Shown here: piece by piece, positions 38,675 through 48,495 of the stretch
How positions within the stretch are numbered: the stretch's first letter is position 1
Layout: each line of letters opens with the position of its first letter
Origin: Patescibacteria group bacterium
GTDB lineage: Bacteria; Patescibacteriota; Minisyncoccia; UBA9983
Assembly: GCA_040752125.1 (NCBI GenBank)
Contig: JBFMFK010000006.1
Span: 1,152-65,151, forward strand
DNA: 64,000 bases
Direction: 5' to 3'
The notes under the pieces: model-generated
Told to the model about the DNA's origin: nothing
Database searches by the model: none
What the model saw: the letters and a program-made list of their open reading frames with translations, nothing else
Position numbers and translations under genes: made by a program

Positions 38675-38694
38675 TTATCTGCGATAGCAAATAT
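38675..38694. promoter_or_regulatory. 20-bp palindromic operator-like site TTATCTGCGATAGCAAATAT, copy 2
   Basis: Same site as at 37995 with arms swapped. Located between the regulator gene and the LigT-like gene. Confidence 0.45.
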
Positions 38695-38774
38695 AGGTAT
38701 GGTAGGGATGATAGTGATTGTAATGTGGGTACATTAATATACATTAATATAAGTAATACTAAATAAAAATTAAC

Positions 38775-39320
38775 ATGAAGCATAGAATTTTTATTTCAAT
38801 AGAGATGCCAGAGGAATTGAAGAAAATTGCTGAAAAATATATTGAGCCGTTTAGAGAAAGTGATCTGACGCGCATCGGAGAGAATAGTAATTGGCATATC
38901 ACGGTTGTTTTCTGCGGTTATCTTGATGACAGAGAATTAAATAACTTAAAAAAAATTACAGAGAAGATTAGCAAAGAAATAAAAAAGTTTGAATTAATCC
39001 CAGATAAAATAATTTTTGCTCCGCCCAATAAAAAACCGAGAATGGTTTGGTTGACATTTAAGCCGTCTCAGATTTTTTTAAAATTATGCAGAAGTTTTAG
39101 TGAATTTTCTCAAGACATTCGCGAACCAACCCCTCATCTTACCCTTGTCCGTTTTGAACAAAAACATTATCCTAATCTTAAAAAATTATTACCAGAAAAT
39201 GGATTTGATTTAAAAAAAGAAGCAAAATCATTTATAGTAGATTCAATAAATATAATGGAAAGCCATTTATCACCCAGGGGCCCAAAATATGAATTAATAT
39301 GCCGGAATTACCTGAAGTAG
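38775..39320 (+). CDS. 2H phosphoesterase, LigT/ThpR-like RNA 2',3'-cyclic phosphodiesterase
   Basis: Two H-x-T-x motifs: HITVVF and HLTLVRF. Confidence 0.65.
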   Translation: MKHRIFISIEMPEELKKIAEKYIEPFRESDLTRIGENSNWHITVVFCGYLDDRELNNLKKITEKISKEIKKFELIPDKIIFAPPNKKPRMVWLTFKPSQIFLKLCRSFSEFSQDIREPTPHLTLVRFEQKHYPNLKKLLPENGFDLKKEAKSFIVDSINIMESHLSPRGPKYELICRNYLK

Positions 39321-40099
39321 AAACAATTGTCAATGATTTGAAAAAAGTCTTGTTAGGATTAAAAATTCAGGATGTCTGGAGTGATGTTTTTCCTGCGCAA
39401 AAAATAAAAGAGGAAGTTGTTGGCAAAAAAATTTTAAAAATTGAGAGAAAAGGAAAAAATATCCTTATTTGGCTATCCGATAGCCGAATAGTGCTGATTC
39501 ATTTGAAATTAACTGGTTATCTTTTGTACGGCGAAAATCCGCAAAGCAAATTTATTCATTTAATTTTTAAACTATCTAATGGCAAGCAACTGGCGCTTTC
39601 TGATGTCCGTAAATTTGCCAAAGTTCTTATTTTAGACACGGATAAAATAACAGAGGAGACAAAAAGGCTTGGGCCAGAACCATTGGACAAAGATTTAACC
39701 CTCGCAAAATTTATTGAAAGATTAAAGGTGAGAAAAGGCAAAATTAAGCAAATTCTCATGGACCAGAGTGTAATCGCCGGCATTGGCAATATTTACTCTG
39801 ACGAAATTTTGTGGCTGGCTGGAATTCATCCCCTCAAAGAAATTAAAAATCTTACTCTAAAAGAATTCAAAAATATTTATCAGGCAATGAAAATTGTTCT
39901 TAAAAAAGCAATTAAAGCAAGGGGAGATTCCATTGTTGATTTTCGTGATATATCAGGCAAAAAAGGAAAATATCAGGAAATGCAATATGCCTATCAAATG
40001 ACTGGCACAAAATGCAAAAAGAAAGATGGAGGAATTATAAAGAAAATAAAAATAGGCGGAAGGTCCGCCCATTTCTGTCCCATTCACCAGAAACTCTAG
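39299..40099 (+). CDS. mutM: formamidopyrimidine-DNA glycosylase
   Basis: MPELPEVE N-terminus and C-terminal Cys4 zinc finger. Confidence 0.85.
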   Translation: MPELPEVETIVNDLKKVLLGLKIQDVWSDVFPAQKIKEEVVGKKILKIERKGKNILIWLSDSRIVLIHLKLTGYLLYGENPQSKFIHLIFKLSNGKQLALSDVRKFAKVLILDTDKITEETKRLGPEPLDKDLTLAKFIERLKVRKGKIKQILMDQSVIAGIGNIYSDEILWLAGIHPLKEIKNLTLKEFKNIYQAMKIVLKKAIKARGDSIVDFRDISGKKGKYQEMQYAYQMTGTKCKKKDGGIIKKIKIGGRSAHFCPIHQKL

Positions 40100-40101
40100 T
40101 T

Positions 40102-40458
40102 TTACTTGATTTTGTTTATCAATAATTCCAGAAGGTTTTTAAGTTCTGTTTGGGCATCAGCTTCGGTTTTGCTTTCAGTAAATTTCTGCCACTGACTTAA
40201 GATTTCTTCGTCGCCCAAATTTCTGATCGCGTTTTCTAATTTAAGCCGCGTCTCAAAATCAACTTCTGTCTCAGCTTTTAAGACTTTCTCAATAAAAAGT
40301 TTTGTAAACTCTAAAATCTTCTGGCTCTCTTTTTGAGACTGCAATAACACTTTTGTCGCCCTTAATTCATTTTGAAGATTTAAGTAATTTATTCCAAGAA
40401 TAATAAGGGCGACAGCTAAGATGAGAATAATAATATAAAGTGTTTTTGTGTTTCTCAT
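40102..40458 (-). CDS. small N-terminally anchored coiled-coil protein
   Basis: 118 aa. Last gene of the adhesin-like cluster. Confidence 0.4.
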   Translation of the reverse strand: MRNTKTLYIIILILAVALIILGINYLNLQNELRATKVLLQSQKESQKILEFTKLFIEKVLKAETEVDFETRLKLENAIRNLGDEEILSQWQKFTESKTEADAQTELKNLLELLINKIK

Positions 40459-40465
40459 AAAATTT

Positions 40466-42655
40466 TTATCTTCTGAATAATCGTTCTCTTATTTTATCAC
40501 GATAAAAGTTGTAGAGCAATAGAATTATGACTGCAACTAATAAAATCGTTTTCCAGTCAACAACCTTTAACCACCAATATCTGGTCTTGAGCTCAATATT
40601 AATATGGATGCCGCTGCCTTCTTTAACCTGAAACGGCTTGCCGTCATAAACAAGATACCCCGGGGATTCTGCCTTGAGGTAATAATAGCCCTCGGGCACC
40701 AAAAATGAATAAGTACCTCTGACATCAGTGGTTTGAGGATTTTCCTGCTGATATTCTTTGGCCGGCCAGAGTTCGTATTGTTTGGTTTCGGGATTCAGCC
40801 ACCACAGAGAAACAATGGCGCCGGGGATGCGGGTTTCTTTATCGCCATCTTTTTCGTAAATATATCCTTCGGGATCAACGACCGTGGTCAACCTGATTTC
40901 CTTTTTTCCAAGTTCTGGGTCGTCAAAATCCATTACCGTGATGATTTCGTATTCGCCCTCAATCAAGGGCGCTTGGATTTCTGCGGTATAGATACCGTCG
41001 CCATCAGGATCAGTATATTCAAATTCCAGCAAAACCAGTTTCTCTTCAACTCTGACTGGCTGTTCTTGAGGTTTGGCAAAAGAAGGAACAGCGAAGAACA
41101 AAGATGCGGTGAGGTCTTGAAACCTGAAACTTGAAACTTGAAACTTATTGGTTTCAGGTTTTAGGTTATAAGTTACAGATTTTCGTGATTTAAATACCAC
41201 ATAGCCCTTGATGCTTTTAACCGGCTTGTCTGGCTTCACCACTAATTGCAATGGCTTGCCGGAAATTGTCTCAATTTTCTGTTGCGGTTCGCCTTTGTCG
41301 CTAACAGATAAAGCGATATTGAAATCAATCAGCTCACTGCCGGTTTTAGCAAAGACAATTTCTGTTGGCAACTGCTGTTTAATATGTGGCGGGAGTTCGG
41401 CAACTGGAACGCCTTGAGGCAGGGCAAATTTACCCGGTTCAATTTTTGCCGTTGGTAGGCCAATCCTTTCGGTCAGTCCCGGTAAGGTCAATTTAACGGT
41501 TTTTAATTTTTCAATATCAGTGATTTTGGTAATACCGACTTTTTTCAAGGTTTCGCCCAATTCCGGAAACTTTTCTGCCAGTTTTCTGATTTCCTTAGGC
41601 AGGGGCGCTAAAACAAATTCTTTGATTGGTTTTGAGGGCAAAAGCTGCCATTTTCCTTGGAACGCCAATGGCGCTTCTTTTGGTACTAATTCTTCAGTCG
41701 GAACTTCTGGCGGTTTAACTTCCGGAAGCTTGGGTTTTAAAAATTCGGAAACTAATGGCTTTAGAATCTCTAGTATTTTTTCAATGGAAACTTCTTTTTT
41801 ATAAAAAATGCTATCAGAAACAACTTCTGAACATCTGCCCCATTGAGTGCAAAATTTAGCATAAATAGTTTTTTCACCCTTGCCTTCTGAAAGAGTTCGA
41901 GAAATAGAAACTTGCGTTAATAAAGCATTATAAGATACCTGATAATCTTCTGGAAATTGAGAATTTTCAGAAATCCAAACAGTTTTAGTATTCGGTCCGC
42001 CTTTTAAGGTCAAGATAACTTTTAGAGAATTAGTTTCTGTAGCGTCATCATTGATTAAAATTTTAAATCCTCCTTCGGGCGCTGTTGGAGGATTATACGT
42101 CTCTGGCGGCAAACCGCCACCACCACAACTTCCACAATCAGCAGAGCAACTGCTACAAGTTTCACTGCCGTTGCAGGTACCATCGCCACAAGTTGGAGTC
42201 GGGGTTCTTGCGCTTTGGGGACGCCAATCGGTCCGGACATCGCAGTTGGCGCAATCAAAAGTTATAACCCCGGAAATATCGCCGCTGGCTGCACCAGTAA
42301 ATTTACCAGAAGCATTAATTGAAACATTATCAAAATCTATCCAACCCAAATTCTCAGCCCAGGCATAACCAACAAGATTGCCCTCGCCGTTATTTGTTAC
42401 ACCGCTATTAGTCGGGCTCAAATTTATCCAACCATAATTATCATTCCAGGCATAACCGGTTAAACCAGAATCAGTAATCAGAACATTGCATTGACCACAG
42501 CCAAAATTAATCCAGCCGGCATTTTCCGACCACGCATATTTGTAAGTAGAATCAATGGTGCCCTCGGTCTGGGAAGCAAAAACCCAGATTGGCAAAAAGA
42601 CAGCGGTGCTAAAAACAGATAAAATTGTGATTATTGTTTTGATCTTCATTTTCAA
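40466..42655 (-). CDS. large cell-surface protein: signal peptide, GYAW-x-EN-x-GWI-x-F repeats, Cys-rich module, CarboxypepD_reg-like beta-sandwich domains, C-terminal TM anchor
   Basis: 729 aa. Repeats KYAWSENAGWINF / GYAWNDNYGWINL / GYAWAENLGWIDF. TCGDGTCNGSETCSSCSADCGSCGGGG. C-terminal hydrophobic helix plus a basic tail. Confidence 0.6.
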   Translation of the reverse strand: MKMKIKTIITILSVFSTAVFLPIWVFASQTEGTIDSTYKYAWSENAGWINFGCGQCNVLITDSGLTGYAWNDNYGWINLSPTNSGVTNNGEGNLVGYAWAENLGWIDFDNVSINASGKFTGAASGDISGVITFDCANCDVRTDWRPQSARTPTPTCGDGTCNGSETCSSCSADCGSCGGGGLPPETYNPPTAPEGGFKILINDDATETNSLKVILTLKGGPNTKTVWISENSQFPEDYQVSYNALLTQVSISRTLSEGKGEKTIYAKFCTQWGRCSEVVSDSIFYKKEVSIEKILEILKPLVSEFLKPKLPEVKPPEVPTEELVPKEAPLAFQGKWQLLPSKPIKEFVLAPLPKEIRKLAEKFPELGETLKKVGITKITDIEKLKTVKLTLPGLTERIGLPTAKIEPGKFALPQGVPVAELPPHIKQQLPTEIVFAKTGSELIDFNIALSVSDKGEPQQKIETISGKPLQLVVKPDKPVKSIKGYVVFKSRKSVTYNLKPETNKFQVSSFRFQDLTASLFFAVPSFAKPQEQPVRVEEKLVLLEFEYTDPDGDGIYTAEIQAPLIEGEYEIITVMDFDDPELGKKEIRLTTVVDPEGYIYEKDGDKETRIPGAIVSLWWLNPETKQYELWPAKEYQQENPQTTDVRGTYSFLVPEGYYYLKAESPGYLVYDGKPFQVKEGSGIHINIELKTRYWWLKVVDWKTILLVAVIILLLYNFYRDKIRERLFRR

Positions 42656-42672
42656 AACTTTACCCGTTATTT

Positions 42673-42930
42673 CTACTCTGTTGCTGGCGCCTGAAGACAG
42701 CTGACATTTATTAATTGAATTTGTTTTTCATCACTGAAAACCGGAAGGGGATTACATTGTTCTGCCTCTTTTATGAGTGTATTGATGGTGTCAATTTTAC
42801 CCTGCTGATAGGCCTGGTTTAATTGTTTTGATTTAAAATCACTCCAGACATCATAAACAATGTAGATTAATGAGAAAATTATCCAAATCAAAACGATGAG
42901 ATGGGAAATGATTTTTTTTGGGGTTGTCAT
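42673..42930 (-). CDS. small single-TM membrane protein
   Basis: 85 aa. Lies between the two giant genes. Confidence 0.4.
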   Translation of the reverse strand: MTTPKKIISHLIVLIWIIFSLIYIVYDVWSDFKSKQLNQAYQQGKIDTINTLIKEAEQCNPLPVFSDEKQIQLINVSCLQAPATE

Positions 42931-43060
42931 AATTTTTAATTGTTATAAAAACTATGATTACTTTAAGGAAAACGACCAATTTCCTTATTAACTAATTCTA
43001 CCACTCATTTCTAACGGATTTATTGGAGGAATGTCCTCCATAAATGCCGTGTTGGTGAGA

Positions 43061-45529
43061 TTAAGGTGTGTCAGTTGATTCGTCAATTACTGGTTCCTCG
43101 GCCTGAGCCACATCGAGGGGTTCAGCTGGTGAAGTTTCAGCTGGCGTCTGCTCGGTAGTGACATCAGGGTTTTCTCCTAGCGACGGTTCCTCAACCAGGG
43201 GTTCTTCAGTCGCCGGCTCTTCAGTGATGACTGTTTCAGCCGGTAGCTGATTTCCTTCAGAGTTGAGATTTTGAATTGCATTTGGCATCTGAACCTGACC
43301 ATCTGGATTTGAAATTTGATTTTTCTCCAACAAAGCTTTTAACTGATTTTTATCTATGCAGATTGCTTCGTTATCATCACCCTCCAGACATAATTTCTTG
43401 GTGGTGATTTTCTCCGCGATAAATTCTTTGGCTTTAACTACGCCTTCGCTAATGGCAACACCAAGACTCTTGAACTGATCTAAAATCCAAGCAAATGATT
43501 CCTCAAAAATGCTTTCCCCGCCAGACTGGGGCGGAGAAGGATTAAAGGTTATGCTTTGGGATAAAAGATTGACAAACACTAAAATTTCGCCCGTGCTGTC
43601 TTCGCGGTAATTTTCCAAAGCAATGCCAATAGTTGGCTCGTTGCCTGCGGCTTTTTTGCCAATGCCCGGTGTTTGCGACAAAGCAATTCTGTCGCCTTGT
43701 TCAATTTCTCCGCCTTCTAAATTGACCTTGACCGGAATTCGTCCGGAAAGAGTCACGGCTACTTGATGTTCTTCTTTATACTCTGGGCCATTAAAGCCGC
43801 CCAACAAAACTGCTGGTTCAGTGGAAATTGCGCCTAAAAGAATTTCGCCCTGTTCGGCGCGTTTGACAAATGGTCCGTTGAAATTTTTATCTAAAGAAAC
43901 AATCTCGCCCGCGCCTAAACTTGTATCCTTGGTAGGATAATTTTCCGCCACATCATAAATAGTCATGGCTGTGGCAGAAGAATAAACCACGCCTTCGGTA
44001 TTATTGTCAGTATTACAATTAACATCACTGCCTACGCACAAACCTCCGCCCGTAACCTGCAATCTGGCTTCTGGTCCCGTCGTCCCGATGCCGACGTTGC
44101 CGGAAGTTGCCAATACCAACTGATTGGCAGCATTCGCATAGGTGCCTAAAATTAATGCCTTTTCTGTCTCTGTACCGGCATAATTTGTGTATATTTGAGA
44201 ACCACTGCCAGCATTAACATTAAAGCGTATAGATTGATAGTTGCTCGCAGCGCTGGCGATCTCTAATTTTGTCCCAGGGGACGTTAACCCGATCCCGACA
44301 TTACCAGCGCTTGTGATTCTTACTTTTTCTGAAGGAGTAGTCCCAAAAGTAAAAGCTAAATCGCCAGACTCTCTGCGAAGAAAAATGTCTCTTGCCGCTG
44401 TCCCTGGTCCGAAACCCATAAAAGGTGTTTCGGTATCAAAACCAAAACCAAGCCTCGCATATGTATCGCCTTGGCCAAGTGCCCCAAGTCCTACCCAATT
44501 TGCGGAACTAGTCGGCATGACAACCATTAAACTACCGTATTGATTTATTTTCACATATTGATCGTCATCGATATAAACTTTAAATCCATTATCGGTCCCG
44601 CTCCCTTGAATTTCAAGCTTCGCTCCAGGAGTTGAAGTCCCGATGCCGACATTGCCGTTCAAAATCGTATAACCTGTTCCAGATGGAGTAAGAGTAACAT
44701 TCTGATTTGCTCCACCAGCAGTAAAAGTTAAGGCACCGGTACCAATGATAGAACCAGTAGAAGTTCCGGTTCCACCATAAGTTAGAGCCAAGGGCGTTGT
44801 TAAACCGATTGCACCAGTAGTTGAGTTATATGTTATTGGCTCTATTCCTGATAAAGCATTCCTTGCTCTGGTATCGGTGTAGTAGAGGTTAGTTCCTTCA
44901 GCTAAGTTAGAGGTGGTTTTTCCGGAAAAAGCAGTGTCAAATCTTCCTTGGGTCCAATAAAGATTAGTTCCTTCTGGTAAGTCATTAGTGGTGGCTGAAC
45001 CGGAAATTAGACCGGCTGCCGCTTTCAAAACTCCTGATAAACCGGTTAGGGTTAAACCAGCAAAGGTCGGCGAATCAGAAGTGTTTAATCCAGCAACTGC
45101 TGCCTGATTCAAGGTTTGCCAGGTTTTATCGCCTCGCCAGTAAGCAGATGTTCCGCTGGCAGCAATGGCTGGTTCTTTGCTGTTAAAAGTTGTCCAGTCA
45201 GCAGCAGTTAAAAGACCGCGGTTTAAAGCTGAAGCAGAAGGCAAATTAAAAGTATGGGTTGAACCTGAAGAAGTGATGGTAAAATCAGTACCAGTGGTTG
45301 AGGAAGCAAAAGTTTGGCTGGAGGTTGATAATCCATTTAAAGTGCTCAGCGGGGCTAAAACCGTACAATTGGTATCACCAGGACTGCAACCAGGATCTAA
45401 GGTTTCGCCTGGATTATAGGGGCTGCCAGGCGGCGCCGCTTTCACTACGGCAAAAATTATCAAGACAGAAATAAGGACTACTAATCCGGCTTTTAGTCCG
45501 TTAGAAATAGGGGAATTTTTGATTTTCAT
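43061..45529 (-). CDS. large secreted protein with tail-fibre-like GNVGIGT-x-P-x-x-KL-x-(V/I) repeats and an acidic Pro/Glu-rich C-terminus
   Basis: 822 aa. N-terminal signal/TM helix. Three GNVGIG repeats. Paralogous repeat family to 19500-20459. Confidence 0.6.
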   Translation of the reverse strand: MKIKNSPISNGLKAGLVVLISVLIIFAVVKAAPPGSPYNPGETLDPGCSPGDTNCTVLAPLSTLNGLSTSSQTFASSTTGTDFTITSSGSTHTFNLPSASALNRGLLTAADWTTFNSKEPAIAASGTSAYWRGDKTWQTLNQAAVAGLNTSDSPTFAGLTLTGLSGVLKAAAGLISGSATTNDLPEGTNLYWTQGRFDTAFSGKTTSNLAEGTNLYYTDTRARNALSGIEPITYNSTTGAIGLTTPLALTYGGTGTSTGSIIGTGALTFTAGGANQNVTLTPSGTGYTILNGNVGIGTSTPGAKLEIQGSGTDNGFKVYIDDDQYVKINQYGSLMVVMPTSSANWVGLGALGQGDTYARLGFGFDTETPFMGFGPGTAARDIFLRRESGDLAFTFGTTPSEKVRITSAGNVGIGLTSPGTKLEIASAASNYQSIRFNVNAGSGSQIYTNYAGTETEKALILGTYANAANQLVLATSGNVGIGTTGPEARLQVTGGGLCVGSDVNCNTDNNTEGVVYSSATAMTIYDVAENYPTKDTSLGAGEIVSLDKNFNGPFVKRAEQGEILLGAISTEPAVLLGGFNGPEYKEEHQVAVTLSGRIPVKVNLEGGEIEQGDRIALSQTPGIGKKAAGNEPTIGIALENYREDSTGEILVFVNLLSQSITFNPSPPQSGGESIFEESFAWILDQFKSLGVAISEGVVKAKEFIAEKITTKKLCLEGDDNEAICIDKNQLKALLEKNQISNPDGQVQMPNAIQNLNSEGNQLPAETVITEEPATEEPLVEEPSLGENPDVTTEQTPAETSPAEPLDVAQAEEPVIDESTDTP

Positions 45530-45762
45530 ATTTTTAATCTTGAATCTTGGAGCTTAAATTGTTAATTTTACAATTCAAGTCTCTTGTTTCAAGAAATTAA
45601 CTAAATTATTAACGAGCCTTTATAATTTTTATTTTAATGATAACAAAATCCGAGAAAATTTTAAGTGCAAAAACACCCCGGCGTGGTTGATACTTATTAG
45701 TATCCATAAATATCTATTAATATCTCAGTATCTATAAATACCATTTGTATTATATCAAATTT

Positions 45763-46191
45763 TCAAAACAAAGTACCAAGATGTTTCTTGAGAATTCCTT
45801 TTGATAAATCAAATATTTTTTCAATAAAATCAAGATACTCTTTCGCTTGTTTATTTGTAATTATTGTGCTTCCGCCATCATATAATTCTATATTGCGCGT
45901 TTTCCTCATTTCGTTGCCATACATTAAGACGTCTTCATTCTTTAATATTTCTGACATTTTTTCTAAAATTTTTATATGATGCCCTAAACGGCTTTTGACT
46001 TTATAGCCATAACAGGCAATCAAACTAATGCCTAATTTTATAAAAGCATTGTAAGTAAATTGAAATTTAACCTCTGCTATATTTGCATTTTTGGCAATTT
46101 TTAAATCCTTATAAGCAGAATCCAAATATTTCCTTATCTGATTCTTGCTAAAATTAAATTTCCTGAAATATTTGTTTTCAAATTTTATCAT
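45763..46191 (-). CDS. HEPN-domain protein (toxin of a HEPN/MNT pair)
   Basis: R-x4-HH motif (SRLGHH). 142 aa. 4-bp overlap with the upstream MNT gene. Confidence 0.65.
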   Translation of the reverse strand: MIKFENKYFRKFNFSKNQIRKYLDSAYKDLKIAKNANIAEVKFQFTYNAFIKLGISLIACYGYKVKSRLGHHIKILEKMSEILKNEDVLMYGNEMRKTRNIELYDGGSTIITNKQAKEYLDFIEKIFDLSKGILKKHLGTLF

Positions 46192-46727
46192 ATTAATCGG
46201 ATATGTTTGTTTTTAAAAATATTTTTGAGCAACTCGCTGTTTCTCTTTTTTTTGAATTCACTTTCCGTCATATCAATAATATTGATTTCTCTATCAACTT
46301 GCTTTTGAAGTTTAATTATTTCTCTTTGGGTTTTTAAAAAATTATGCGAACCAATTAATAATAAATCTACATCACTTTCGGAGCTTAATTTATTCTGTGC
46401 GTAAGAACCAAAAATAACGGCCATTTTAAGACCATTAATTTTTTCTAAAACCTGTTTTAATTTATTCTCCAAACCAAAAGTTTTTTGAATAATTTTTTTA
46501 ATCTCTTTTAAAAGAGGGTATTTTTTATTTATTCTATACAAACTTAAATTGCCTTTTTTATTTTTAATCAAAATTCCCTCCTTTTCCCATTCGGCCAATT
46601 TTCTGGTCAAATTTCCGCGGTTAACATCAAATTTTTCAGCCATTTCATTCAAATACATCTCCGCTTCAGGGTTTAAGAAAAAATAGCTTAATACTTTTTG
46701 AGTTATTTTTGATTTAAAATTAATCAT
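46188..46727 (-). CDS. wHTH plus minimal nucleotidyltransferase (MNT) antitoxin-like protein
   Basis: GS-x9-DVDLLLIG nucleotidyltransferase motif. N-terminal HTH. Confidence 0.65.
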   Translation of the reverse strand: MINFKSKITQKVLSYFFLNPEAEMYLNEMAEKFDVNRGNLTRKLAEWEKEGILIKNKKGNLSLYRINKKYPLLKEIKKIIQKTFGLENKLKQVLEKINGLKMAVIFGSYAQNKLSSESDVDLLLIGSHNFLKTQREIIKLQKQVDREINIIDMTESEFKKKRNSELLKNIFKNKHIRLI

Positions 46728-46939
46728 AAAATGAGGGTATTATACTATTTAGTGTAGCATATTACACTAAAGAAACAATTTATTGAACGATCTTTGAAAT
46801 TCAAAACTTCTTACTCGCTTTAGGGAGTAGATGTCATTCGGTCCTTTGGTTAGTTTGTAGTCTTTAAGATTACTCATTTATGTATAGTAATGTAAAATGT
46901 AAAAATCAAAAATCAAAATGACAAATTAAAATGTTAAAA

Positions 46940-47311
46940 TTATTTTTTGCCTTTGAGGGTTATTATACTAGAGGCTAAAATATTTGCTATTTCAATTAAT
47001 TCTTCTAATAAATATTTTAGCTCATTTGTATCTCCTTTCATAGTATCTCTTAATAATGTTAGCCAAACTTTTGATTCGTTGGCTAATTTTAAAGAGTAGG
47101 TGAAAAAGTTAATAAAATCTCTTTTAGAACTCGCGGAATTTGCCTCAATGTAATTTGCTAAAATACTTGTGCCGCTTCTTAAAAGCTGTTTACCCAAAAC
47201 ATTACAAATAGAATCTTGGGGAAGTTTATCAATAAATTTAATCAACCTTAAAACCCAATTATAAAGTCTTTTCTTAAATTCATTTTTAAATTTTGCACTG
47301 TCATTTTCCAT
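46940..47311 (-). CDS. four-helix-bundle protein (23S rRNA intervening-sequence protein family)
   Basis: LLRSGTSILANYIEA...DF...KLANESKVWLTLL pattern of TIGR02436-like proteins. Confidence 0.65.
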   Translation of the reverse strand: MENDSAKFKNEFKKRLYNWVLRLIKFIDKLPQDSICNVLGKQLLRSGTSILANYIEANSASSKRDFINFFTYSLKLANESKVWLTLLRDTMKGDTNELKYLLEELIEIANILASSIITLKGKK

Positions 47312-47395
47312 TTTGATTTTTTAATTTTGCATTAATAAACTCGTTAATTCATTAATTCGTTAATTTGAAGCGTGTTTTATCTGTGGACAAGTCAA

Positions 47396-47488
47396 TTGAC
47401 ATATTTTAGGGATTTGCTATGATGAAAATGCAAGCAGGAGAAGTCCTATTTGTTATCAACTGCCCGTTGTAAAAGACGGGCTTTTATT
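47396..47488 (+). ncRNA. candidate small RNA / leader-attenuator: consensus promoter TTGACA-16-TATGAT followed after about 55 nt by a strong terminator (gcccgt-tgtaaaa-gacgggc-TTTTATT)
   Basis: Both signals are close to consensus. The insert contains only a 17-codon ORF (MMKMQAGEVLFVINCPL). Confidence 0.3.
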
Positions 47489-47580
47489 ATTGTTCTTTCT
47501 TTCAATTATACTTCTACCTTGAAGATATTTTTGGGATTTTTCTTTTTCCAAAACATTATCTTTCAATACTACTTCTCAAG

Positions 47581-48478
47581 TATGGGTTATATAAAATTTT
47601 ATGCTATAACAAAAGATATGGAAACTAATGCAAAAAGGGATTTAATATGGCTGATAGTATTTTTGGTTGCTTTATTTTTCCTTTGGTATTTTACTGGCGG
47701 ACCCAATAGAGAATCCGCAAAAAGCAGTTTGTTTTTAAAATCTCCGCAAAAACAGGCAGAAAAAAATGTTCAGGAAGCTGTTAATTTTTCCTCAATACCG
47801 CAGAAGCCGGACAATAATTCTCCTTACCGCTCAAAAATTACAATCATATCCAGTCAAGAAGCAAAAAAACAAAATCCAGACGAGGAATATCTGACCATTC
47901 AAGCGTCTTATAACAATCCAGAACCAATAAACATAAAACAATGGAGTTTGGGTAAATCGGCTACTGAACATTATTATATAGGAAGCGCAATGGAATTTTT
48001 TAAGATGCCTCCTGAAAACAGCCGGCAGGATATTTTTTTAAAACCCGGCGATAGAGCAATCATCACAACAGGCAAAAGCCCTGTGAGTAGAGGATTTAAA
48101 TTGAATAAATGCATTGGTTATCTTGAACAGATGCAGGATTTTATTCCAATGATTCCTCTAAACTGCCCCCATCCTATTAATGATGAATATCTGCCTGCCA
48201 GTTTGGATGATCTATGCATTGATTACATAAACTCTAATTTTAAAATCTGCACCCAGTATCTTTCCTATCTGTCATCTCTTTCTAATAGTTGCAAGCAATA
48301 TATTAATGAAAGAATAAATTACAAGGGCTGCAGTCAGTGGCACAGAAATGATAATGATTTTTATAAGCCGGGGTGGAGATTATTTCTTAACCAAACTTCA
48401 GAAATCTGGCCCAACATCAATGGAACTGTTATTTTATATGATGAAAACAATAAAATTGTTGACTCAATCAATTATTAA
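47581..48478 (+). CDS. membrane-anchored protein with lamin-tail-domain-like segment and Cys-rich C-terminal region (start moved downstream of the terminator)
   Basis: DEEYLTIQASYNNPEPINIKQWSLG resembles the LTD core. TM helix LIWLIVFLVALFFLWYF. Confidence 0.45.
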
Positions 48479-48495
48479 ACTATAATATCTATATT

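Noticed and set aside
47450-47580. N-terminal 44 residues of the ORF-track CDS 47450-48478
   Set aside because: This stretch begins at a non-ATG codon and runs straight through a strong intrinsic terminator. The downstream ATG at 47581 gives a protein starting near its TM helix.
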